Shown here: positions 35,464-42,622 of the stretch, piece after piece
Numbering within the stretch: the first letter of the stretch is position 1
Layout of the letters: each line of letters begins with the position of its first letter
IMG/VR virus record: IMGVR_UViG_3300046535_002009
Coordinates: 46,061 to 110,060 of that record
From: a virus
Reading direction: 5' to 3' (one strand)
DNA: 64,000 nt
Position numbers and translations under genes: made by a program
The notes under the pieces: generated by a model
The model's database searches: none
What the model saw: the letters and a program-made list of their open reading frames with translations, nothing else
Told to the model about the DNA's origin: nothing

Positions 35464-35651
35464 AGGTCTACCGCCCCGTTCTTCTGCAGCGGCAGGTAGC
35501 GCAGCGGCTGGACGCCGTCGAGCGGGGCCGCGAAGGCGCGGTTGGACCGACGGGCCTGGCGTCGGTCGCGGAGTTCGCAGACCACCGCGGCGATCCCGGC
35601 GAGGCCGAGGATCAGCACGCCGGCGATCAGCAGGCGGGTGTTGTCGTTCAT
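35460..35651 (-). CDS. Small membrane protein
   Basis: TM helix; coupled. Confidence 0.6.
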   Translation of the reverse strand: MNDNTRLLIAGVLILGLAGIAAVVCELRDRRQARRSNRAFAAPLDGVQPLRYLPLQKNGAVDL

Positions 35652-35989
35652 GCGGCCACGGCCTCGGTCGTCACGAGCCCGGGATAGACGGCGGCGTCGG
35701 AAGAGAGCCGGAGGTCAAGCGGGACGTCCATCCAGCTGGCGCGCAGGTGCACCTGGACGCGCGGTCCGTTGGCGCCCTGGATCCGCAGGCGGTCAACCGT
35801 GACGGCGCCGATGCGCCGCTCGAACCAGGCGATCGCCTCGCGGGCGTCGTCCTCGGCGGTGGTGCCGAGCAGGCCCTCGAAGTTGGGGTCGACGTGCCAG
35901 GTGAGGCGCGGTGCGCCGGGGAGCTGCAGGAGTGCCACGAGGGCCAGGGCCTGACTCGTGTCGGTGCGGTGAGTAGAGTTGGCGGGCAT
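35648..35989 (-). CDS. Hypothetical protein
   Basis: GGAGG RBS. Confidence 0.65.
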   Translation of the reverse strand: MPANSTHRTDTSQALALVALLQLPGAPRLTWHVDPNFEGLLGTTAEDDAREAIAWFERRIGAVTVDRLRIQGANGPRVQVHLRASWMDVPLDLRLSSDAAVYPGLVTTEAVAA

Positions 35990-36074
35990 GGCCTGCCTCC
36001 CTGTGTGAACGGTCGGGTGTGGTGGGCCGGGGCCGTCCCCCTGGTTGCGAGCCGGGGACGGCCCACTTCGGGCC

Positions 36075-36263
36075 CTATGCCGCCGTGAGCTGGGCGGTCT
36101 GTCGTGCGGTGCGCTTGGCCATCACTCGCTCCATCGCGGGGGCGAGGACGGTGCGGAGTTCGGCGAGGAGTTCGGGCGTGGGCGGCGGAGCTGCTGCAAC
36201 TGCGCAGCGAATTTCGGCCACAGTCGCTTCGCCGAGTAGGGCGAGTCGCTGAGCCCTCGTCAC
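36075..36263 (-). CDS. Small hypothetical protein after Cro
   Basis: GTGA coupling; AAAPPPTPE. Confidence 0.6.
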   Translation of the reverse strand: MTRAQRLALLGEATVAEIRCAVAAAPPPTPELLAELRTVLAPAMERVMAKRTARQTAQLTAA

Positions 36264-36475
36264 TTCGCTTCTGCCGATGCGTAGTAGTCGTCCAGCTTCT
36301 GCTTGTACGCGTCGGCGATCTTTCGGACGGTGGCCGTCGTGGGCTCGGTCTTGCCCCGCAGAAGGCGGCTGACGTGCCCACGATTAAGGCCGGTGCGTCG
36401 GGCGATGAGGGTTGCGCTGGTGTCACCCGCACCCTTGGTGGTGTCCCGGAAGAGGGCGCTGTCGAAGTCGGACAT
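36260..36475 (-). CDS. Cro-like HTH regulator
   Basis: IARRTGLNRGHVSRLLRGKTEPT; GGAGGTGA RBS; divergent from the repressor. Confidence 0.85.
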   Translation of the reverse strand: MSDFDSALFRDTTKGAGDTSATLIARRTGLNRGHVSRLLRGKTEPTTATVRKIADAYKQKLDDYYASAEAK

Positions 36476-36506
36476 AGGTCACCTCCCTGGGCGTTGCCCC
36501 AGTGAC

Positions 36507-36701
36507 TGCTGGTGTCTGACAGGAACCATAGCCCAAACTGCTGCGCTTTGACAGCAACCCGGAAATGGAGATTCCCGCAGGTCGACACGCCAGGACATGC
36601 GACACCTGCGGTATCGACGACATAGCCGGATCCGCATGCACGTGCACGGCGGCTGACCTGTACTGTTGCTAGCTGACAGCAGCGCACCCCGGCGCTAACC
36701 T
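36507..36701. promoter_or_regulatory. Genetic switch region with three 18-bp operators
   Basis: TGCTGGTGTCTGACAGGA (36507), TGCTGCGCTTTGACAGCA (36539), TGTTGCTAGCTGACAGCA (36664); CTGACA-N17-TAACCT before the repressor ATG. Confidence 0.7.
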
Positions 36702-36708
36702 CCGAGCC

Positions 36709-37167
36709 ATGGACGGTGCCCACCGCATGGAACCAGGACCCCAGGCCCTCGCCGACTACGTGCGCGAACACGCGCCGGCGGCCGGCTACACGCTCACCGA
36801 GTGGGGCGAGCCGGCACGCCTTGCCCGCGACTCCGGCATGGACACTGGCACCCTGACGCGCATCCTCAAAGGTGAACGCGTCCCGCGCCCCGCACAGCTC
36901 TGGCCGCTGAGCCAGGCACTCGGCCGGCCCTTCATGGAGGTCATGGTCGTATCCGGAACAGTTCCCCCCGAATCGGTCGCGCATATGCCACAACCCGCAG
37001 TAGCATCAACGCCTATCACTGCTGATGCTCTGGCAGATGAGTGGGGCGTCCACGCCGAAGGCGACCGCGCATACATCGCGGAGACCCTCAAGCGCCTGCG
37101 CGAACACGCCAAGTCCCAGAAGGCCCGACAGAAGCCGGAGCACGGGAGCAGCGCCGCGAACGGATAA
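36709..37167 (+). CDS. Immunity repressor (XRE HTH)
   Basis: ARLARDSGMDTGTLTRILKGERVP; lies between integrase and Cro. Confidence 0.8.
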   Translation: MDGAHRMEPGPQALADYVREHAPAAGYTLTEWGEPARLARDSGMDTGTLTRILKGERVPRPAQLWPLSQALGRPFMEVMVVSGTVPPESVAHMPQPAVASTPITADALADEWGVHAEGDRAYIAETLKRLREHAKSQKARQKPEHGSSAANG

Positions 37168-37180
37168 CTGGGGGCCGCCC

Positions 37181-37720
37181 GTGAAGAAGTACCGCTCCGC
37201 CATCGCTATTGCCGCCGCTGCTGTGGCCGGCATGCTGCTGACGGCCGAGGCCCCCATCGTGGGCGGCGCCATCCTCGGCGCCGCCGCGACCGCCATCGTC
37301 ACGCTCGCCCTCCAACTTCGGCAGGCCGACGCCCGCCGCACGGAGTACACCGCGCGCGAGGCAGCCCTGCGCGCCAGCGAACAGCGCGTGGCCGCCGACG
37401 ACTTCCGCCTCCGCATCGCCCTCCGCGAGCAGGAAGCTCTCCGTAGGCGCTACGACGCCGGACTGGGCACCCTCGTCTCCCAGCGCGAGCGTCTGCGACT
37501 CAACATGGAGGAGCGCCTCGTCTCGGAGATGGCAGCCGTCAACGCCCGGCACGCCCACGAGCTGGCCCGCGCGAAGGCCGACGCGTTCGAGGACGGCGCC
37601 ATGGCCGTCATCTACGACCGGCTCGGCGCCCCCATCGCCCCCGTCGACACCCCGGCAGTCAGCGCCGACGTGATCCCCCTCGCCGGCCGCCGCCCGGCCG
37701 CCGCCACGCCTTCACGCTGA
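37181..37720 (+). CDS. Membrane-anchored coiled-coil protein co-oriented with the repressor
   Basis: Two N-terminal hydrophobic helices. Confidence 0.65.
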   Translation: MKKYRSAIAIAAAAVAGMLLTAEAPIVGGAILGAAATAIVTLALQLRQADARRTEYTAREAALRASEQRVAADDFRLRIALREQEALRRRYDAGLGTLVSQRERLRLNMEERLVSEMAAVNARHAHELARAKADAFEDGAMAVIYDRLGAPIAPVDTPAVSADVIPLAGRRPAAATPSR

Positions 37721-37721
37721 C

Positions 37722-39254
37722 CTACGTCGCGACGGGCTCCAGGACCTTGGGCCACTCCTCGAACCCAGGCTGCCCGAAGAAGATCAGGTTCACCCGGGGC
37801 CCAACCGGCTGGCCGTGACCCTTCCTCAACGCCGGCAAGACCTCGACCCGCAGGACCTTGCGGATGACGTGGCGCTTCTGCTCAAGGACGAGCTCCTCCT
37901 CGTCGTTCCACATCTCGTCCAGCGCATCCGGATCCATCCCGATGAGACGGTCCAGCAGCGGGTCACCCACCGACAGAAGCCCCTTCACGATGGCCTCGGA
38001 CGCCCGGGCCAGCGGGATCAGCCGCTGCTCCAGCTCGGCGAGCGAGGCGACGGTCAGGCCGGGCAGGCCGGTCACCGGGTCGAACTCGGTCGCCCGCGCC
38101 CGCGCGTCTCGGAGCTGCTCGGTGATCGCCTTCAGCTTGGCCCGCTCCCGTTCCAGTTCACCGCTCGACGCCTGTCGGCGCATCGCCGCGGCTGCCTTCT
38201 CGGAGGACAGCCACTGCAGCAGGGCCTCCTCGACGTAGGCCTCCAGGAGCTGCTTCATGATGGACAAGTGCTCCACGCGGCACCGGTAGAGCGCGCCACG
38301 GCGGTACTTGGGCTGTGCCAGCCGCACCGTCATCGTGCTGTTGCGGATGTCCACGTCGGCACGGCAGAGCGAGCAGAGCGCGATCCCGGACAGCAGGTGC
38401 TCGACGCCGGTCGTGTGGGTCGTCCTGCGGTCCGGGTCGTCGAGCATCCGCTGGACACGCCAGAAGACGTCCTCGTCGACGAGCCCCTTCCAGGCAGCCG
38501 GATACTCGGTGTCGTGGTGGACTCGGATCCCGATGTACGCCCTGTTCTGCAGGATCGCGCGGATGCCCTGGTCCGTCATCAGCGGGCGGCGGGGCAGCAT
38601 GAAGGCGACGAGGCGCTTGATGGAGATCTTCTGGTCCGCCATGTTGAACAGCTTGACGAGTACGGGCGCTTCGTCCGGGTGGGCGACCTGCCCGAGAAGT
38701 TCGCCAGTGTCCGGGTCATAGACCCGCTTGAAGCCGAAAGGCGGGGTGCCGGTCATCCAGCCCCGCTGGGCGCTGAGGCGTGCGGTCCGGACGTTGCGGG
38801 CGATGATCGTGTCGCCCTCGCCCTCGGACTCCACGGCGTCCCGGGCGGTCTCGCGCCGGTCGGATGCCTTGGTGAGGTCGTAGACCCGGCCGTCGTAGCA
38901 CCAGAGGACGCCGGTCTCCATGCACAGCGCGCGGAGCCTCACGTACCCGTCGAGCGTGCGGTTCGTGCGGGACCTCTCGGCGTACACGATCACGTCGATT
39001 TTGCCCGCGCGGACGTCTTCGACCATACGCTCGTACTCGTCACGGACCTTCGTGGCGCGACTGCTTGCCGAACGGTCGCGGTCCTCGTAGAAGTCGACAA
39101 TCTCCCAGCCGCGCTCGTTGCACTCGGCGCGGCACTCGGCGAACTGGTCCTTGATGGATCGTCCGCGGTAGCGCGGGTCTCGAGATGCCCGACCATACAC
39201 AGCGGCCCGCAGCGGGCGAGTCGCCTGCGCGGGCACCGAGTACAGGTAGTTCAT
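37722..39254 (-). CDS. int: Large serine recombinase (integrase)
   Basis: YGRAS catalytic motif, S..DQ, SR..R, PFGF recombinase domain, LLSGIALCSLC zinc ribbon, coiled coil. Confidence 0.95.
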   Translation of the reverse strand: MNYLYSVPAQATRPLRAAVYGRASRDPRYRGRSIKDQFAECRAECNERGWEIVDFYEDRDRSASSRATKVRDEYERMVEDVRAGKIDVIVYAERSRTNRTLDGYVRLRALCMETGVLWCYDGRVYDLTKASDRRETARDAVESEGEGDTIIARNVRTARLSAQRGWMTGTPPFGFKRVYDPDTGELLGQVAHPDEAPVLVKLFNMADQKISIKRLVAFMLPRRPLMTDQGIRAILQNRAYIGIRVHHDTEYPAAWKGLVDEDVFWRVQRMLDDPDRRTTHTTGVEHLLSGIALCSLCRADVDIRNSTMTVRLAQPKYRRGALYRCRVEHLSIMKQLLEAYVEEALLQWLSSEKAAAAMRRQASSGELERERAKLKAITEQLRDARARATEFDPVTGLPGLTVASLAELEQRLIPLARASEAIVKGLLSVGDPLLDRLIGMDPDALDEMWNDEEELVLEQKRHVIRKVLRVEVLPALRKGHGQPVGPRVNLIFFGQPGFEEWPKVLEPVAT

Positions 39255-39287
39255 GGCCAGTCAGCATAGGGGGCTACCCCTGACAGC

Positions 39288-39339
39288 AATACCCCTCTTT
39301 AACAAATCTGCGTGCGCCGCTTTTGGAAAAGGGGGTATT
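39288..39339. other. Putative intact attP
   Basis: 52-bp imperfect inverted repeat (14/19 arm match) centred on gcg-TG-cgc, immediately 5' of int. Confidence 0.7.
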
Positions 39340-39381
39340 TAAACGTGCAGGTCAGGTCGATAGGGCGCGGTACGCAGCACA

Positions 39382-39415
39382 AAGGGCCGTTCACCTGGCG
39401 GGGTGAACGGCCCTT
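39382..39415. terminator. Intrinsic terminator-like hairpin
   Basis: Perfect 14-bp stem AAGGGCCGTTCACC/GGTGAACGGCCCTT. Confidence 0.75.
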
Positions 39416-39425
39416 CGGGCACCGG

Positions 39426-39833
39426 TCAGGTCGTGCCGGTGGAGCACACGAAGATCATGACGGCCAGCGATCCGCACAGCCGGTTGACGAGTTCGCCGAG
39501 CTGCGCATGGGAGGCCTGGACGAGGTCCACGCTCTCGGACCAGTCGAGCTCGTCGAGCTGCTTGCGCGGTGCACAGCCGGACAGCCTGATCATGTCGGCC
39601 AGGGCCCCACGGAGGCGCTCGACCAGATGGATCAGATCCCCATCGTCCGCGGAGTGGAGGTCGGTCCTTTCGGCCTCGCGGAGGTCGGCTCGCGCCATGG
39701 CGATCCGCTCGACGGCGAAGTCCGGGCGCGGGAAGGTCGGGCGTTCTGTGGTCACCGGGCTGAAGGGCTGGAAGCCGACGGGGGAGGCGAGCGCGGCCGA
39801 GCCGCGCTGAGGGAACGGCAGAGGATTCGTCAT
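39426..39833 (-). CDS. Hypothetical protein with duplicated helical motif
   Basis: GGAG RBS; DL..A....L..LV.RL.G.LA.MI occurs twice. Confidence 0.65.
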   Translation of the reverse strand: MTNPLPFPQRGSAALASPVGFQPFSPVTTERPTFPRPDFAVERIAMARADLREAERTDLHSADDGDLIHLVERLRGALADMIRLSGCAPRKQLDELDWSESVDLVQASHAQLGELVNRLCGSLAVMIFVCSTGTT

Positions 39834-39852
39834 TCGGACTCTCCGTCCCCGA

Positions 39853-39898
39853 CGGCCGGACCGTTGCAGGTGCGCTTACGCGCCTGGCGGCCCGGCCG
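39853..39898 (-). terminator. Long stem-loop between the peptide gene and the downstream gene
   Basis: CGGCCGG...CAGGTGCG-CTTA-CGCGCCTG...CCGGCCG. Confidence 0.5.
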
Positions 39899-39909
39899 AC
39901 GTGCTGGGG

Positions 39910-40089
39910 TCAGCCGCCCCAGTTCGTGTCCATCGGCTGGTACGGAGTCGTGTCCGTGTCGCCCGGAGTGGGCACGGCGATCTTCACGGTCGGCGAACTT
40001 GCGGAGCTCAGCTCCTCGGCCTGCGCGGCGGCGGCCGGCAGGGCAATCAGCGCGGCTGCAGCGAGCAGCACGCTTGCGGTCTTCTTCAT
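39910..40089 (-). CDS. 59-aa secreted peptide precursor MKKTASVLLAAAALIALPAAAAQA-EELSSASSPTVKIAVPTPGDTDTTPYQPMDTNWGG
   Basis: Hand-translated; AGAGGAG RBS; Sec signal with AQA cleavage site; TTGACA upstream at 40166-40171. Confidence 0.85.
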   Translation of the reverse strand: MKKTASVLLAAAALIALPAAAAQAEELSSASSPTVKIAVPTPGDTDTTPYQPMDTNWGG

Positions 40090-40356
40090 GATTCTCCTCT
40101 GTGTTCCCTCCGGTGCCGCTGGGGCGGCACTGGGTGGTCATAGGACATGTGGCGACGCGCGCCCGTGTCAACATCCGCCCCGTTTCGGTTGAGTGACAGA
40201 CTGCCGATGCCTTCGCGCGGAAGGCGTGGGGCCCGGTCCGACGTGGTTGATGGTTCATCCACCCGCTCCGCAACGATCGCGCACGGATAGTTGCCGGACA
40301 AGACGATCTGTGGTGCATTTATCTGCGACTGCATAAAGACGCAGAAGGGCTGAAGA

Positions 40357-41322
40357 GTGAGCGACCTTGGTGTCGTGCCGGCGAGCGCGGTGATCCCTGA
40401 CGATGCACGGGAGTTGTACGCCCGGATGGCTGGCTTGGGGGAGCAGCCCGGGCCCGATGACGACGCATCGCTGCATCTGCTGCTCAGCCTTGGCCTGGTC
40501 CGGCAGGACGTCAGCGAGGGCTACCTGCTCGTCGATCCGCAGTACGTGGGCGCTCGCTGGGAGGGCTCGTTCTACACCAGCGCGGCACGGATGCTGGAGC
40601 AGGCGGCGACCGTCTCCGAGGCGCTTCGCCCCCTTCGGCATGCGTTCGACAATCGTTCGTCCGAGTCTGCCGGCCTGATCGAGTACCACCGGGGGTCGGA
40701 GGCCATCAACTGGCGGGTGGGGCAGGTACTCGGAGGCTGTTCGAGTGAGCTGCTGGTGTGCCAGCCCGGTGGTCCGCGGCGGCCGGAGATCCTCCAGGAG
40801 ACCGCACAGCGGGACCTGGAGACGCTGAACCGTGGCGTGGCGATGAAGACGATCTACCACGACCACGCGCGAGCTGGCGCGTCCATCGACGACTGGGTCA
40901 AGGTCATGACCGACGCCGGGGCGGAGATCCGGACCCTCGACGAGAAGTTCGAGCGGATGTTCATCATCGACCGGCGGATCGCGGTCGTCCCGGGGGACGA
41001 CATCCTCACGACGAGCTCGGACGCAGTCGCCTACATCGTGAACGACAGTGGGGTGGCACGGTTCCTGGCCCGCCAGTTCGAGCGGGACTGGAACCGTGCC
41101 CGCGCTTGGAGCGAGACGGCGAAGGCGGAGGTGTCGCTGACCGGTCGGCAGGCCGCCGTCCTGCGAGGGCTCGCGGCGGGTGACGGCCAGCAGCTCATTG
41201 CCCGCCGCCTGAAGATCAGCCAGCGGACGATGGCTGACACGATCTCCGAGCTGAAGGCGCTGTACAACGTCACGTCGCTGTTCCAGCTTGCGTGCAGCTG
41301 GACCTCGGCGGGTGGCGTGTAG
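40357..41322 (+). CDS. Transcriptional regulator: TrmB-like wHTH + PLD-like sensor domain + LuxR HTH
   Basis: LLSLGLV; ELLVCQPGGPR..L..RGVAMKTIY...RMFIIDRRIAVVP..FERDW; LTGRQAAVLRGLAAG..IARRLKISQRT. Confidence 0.85.
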   Translation: MSDLGVVPASAVIPDDARELYARMAGLGEQPGPDDDASLHLLLSLGLVRQDVSEGYLLVDPQYVGARWEGSFYTSAARMLEQAATVSEALRPLRHAFDNRSSESAGLIEYHRGSEAINWRVGQVLGGCSSELLVCQPGGPRRPEILQETAQRDLETLNRGVAMKTIYHDHARAGASIDDWVKVMTDAGAEIRTLDEKFERMFIIDRRIAVVPGDDILTTSSDAVAYIVNDSGVARFLARQFERDWNRARAWSETAKAEVSLTGRQAAVLRGLAAGDGQQLIARRLKISQRTMADTISELKALYNVTSLFQLACSWTSAGGV

Positions 41323-41324
41323 CG

Positions 41325-41537
41325 TCAGCTCTCCCCGCCTCCTCTCAGGGCCGCGGCCAGCCGATGGGCTGTCTCGGCAGTCGCGGAGCCGAGGTTCACC
41401 AGGGAGAAGTCGGACATGATTCCGATCATGTCCACGCCCAGCGACGGCAGGATGATGCCCTGCTCCCTGAGCGCCTCTCGCAGATCCTCGACTGCGTCCT
41501 GGGCTTCCTTCCATGCATCCGGTACCGACTCAGCCAC
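41325..41537 (-). CDS. Small Streptomyces-type protein (GIxLPSL family), copy 1
   Basis: LREALREQGIILPSLGVD...LVNLG..TAHRLAAAL. Confidence 0.75.
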   Translation of the reverse strand: MAESVPDAWKEAQDAVEDLREALREQGIILPSLGVDMIGIMSDFSLVNLGSATAETAHRLAAALRGGGES

Positions 41538-41593
41538 GTCGTTGCTTCTCTCTGTACTTGGCCTGGATACATCGCATACCCAGGCTGATTGAT

Positions 41594-41610
41594 TTACCAC
41601 GCGGTGGTAA
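41594..41610. promoter_or_regulatory. Palindromic operator between divergent genes
   Basis: TTACCAC-GCG-GTGGTAA. Confidence 0.5.
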
Positions 41611-41646
41611 GGACTGAAAGGGGTTATGGGCCCTAGTCGTGGAGGG

Positions 41647-41886
41647 GTGCCCACCGATGATCTTCCCGACTACGTCCGACATCACCGCTGGCTGCTCGGC
41701 AGCCGACTGCGCCAGACGCGCCTAGAACAGGAGTTGACCCAGGAGGACCTGGCCCGCATGACCGGCGTGGACAGCAAGACCATCAGCCGGACCGAGAACG
41801 GGCACCACAACGTGGGGATCGATCTGGTCGCACGGCTGGCGCATGCCCTCGGCGTTCCGAGCTGGACGCTGTTCGAGGAACGCTGA
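41647..41886 (+). CDS. XRE-family HTH regulator
   Basis: LRQTRLEQELTQEDLARMTGVDSKTISRTENG. Confidence 0.88.
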   Translation: MPTDDLPDYVRHHRWLLGSRLRQTRLEQELTQEDLARMTGVDSKTISRTENGHHNVGIDLVARLAHALGVPSWTLFEER

Positions 41887-41908
41887 CCCAGGGCCGGTTG
41901 GCTACCGG

Positions 41909-42115
41909 CTAGCTTGCGGGCCGGAGAGCCTCGGCCAGGAGGTGGATTTCGCGCGCGACCGCGCGCCCCAGGTCGACCATCCACTCCCCCGGTCGCGCCC
42001 TGGACGGACGCACCTCCAGGGACGGTAGGACGATCCCATGTTCAGACAAGGCGGACTTCAGCTCACGGAGCGCACGTTCGGCCTCCACCTTGCTGGTCGG
42101 CTCGTCGGCGGTCAC
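41909..42115 (-). CDS. Small GIxLPSL family protein, copy 2
   Basis: LKSALSEHGIVLPSLEV...MVDLG...LAEAL. Confidence 0.7.
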   Translation of the reverse strand: MTADEPTSKVEAERALRELKSALSEHGIVLPSLEVRPSRARPGEWMVDLGRAVAREIHLLAEALRPAS

Positions 42116-42336
42116 CGGCGGATCTGCCTGTTCCGGTAGGCCTCGTCGAACGAGTCCCAGACCACGAGGTGGCCGTCCTCGGCGTACGGATGGCCGTCGG
42201 GCTGAAGGACGTACCAGCCGCGACCCGGTCCTCTGTAGGGCTCGACGCCCTGGCCCTCGATCTTCTCGGGCAGCACCGGGGCCGGCACGGGCTGGCAGAG
42301 GCGTCGGCTGTCGGTGCGTCGAGGCTCGATCATCAC
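42112..42336 (-). CDS. Hypothetical protein
   Basis: Coupled; HLVVWDSF. Confidence 0.5.
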   Translation of the reverse strand: MMIEPRRTDSRRLCQPVPAPVLPEKIEGQGVEPYRGPGRGWYVLQPDGHPYAEDGHLVVWDSFDEAYRNRQIRR

Positions 42337-42566
42337 AGGCCACCGTCCCGGCCCGCCGTGGCTGCGGCGCGGCGGGCGACGAGGCAGCGGGTGCAGGTCA
42401 CGGTCTCCCAGTCGTGCGCGACGCCGCACACGCCGGGCGTGGAGACGACGCCGTCCGGGTGGAGCGGCGGGTCGGCGTCACCGCAGTGAAAGCACGCCCG
42501 GCCGTGGAGGCGCGCGGGGCTGATGTCCTCGTCGACCAGCGGCAAGGAACGGTCGGTATCTGTCAC
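42333..42566 (-). CDS. Small zinc-finger protein
   Basis: GRACFHCG...CTRC; inverted repeat GTGCTACAG-C-CTGTGGCAC upstream (42599-42617). Confidence 0.6.
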   Translation of the reverse strand: MTDTDRSLPLVDEDISPARLHGRACFHCGDADPPLHPDGVVSTPGVCGVAHDWETVTCTRCLVARRAAATAGRDGGL

Positions 42567-42622
42567 ACCGTCATCGTCCCCGGGTGGAACAAGCAGAAGT
42601 GCTACAGCCTGTGGCACATCGG

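Noticed and set aside
39910-40089. Peptide as a RiPP precursor
   Set aside because: It has a Sec signal peptide rather than a leader, and no radical SAM, lanthipeptide, lasso or transporter genes are nearby.
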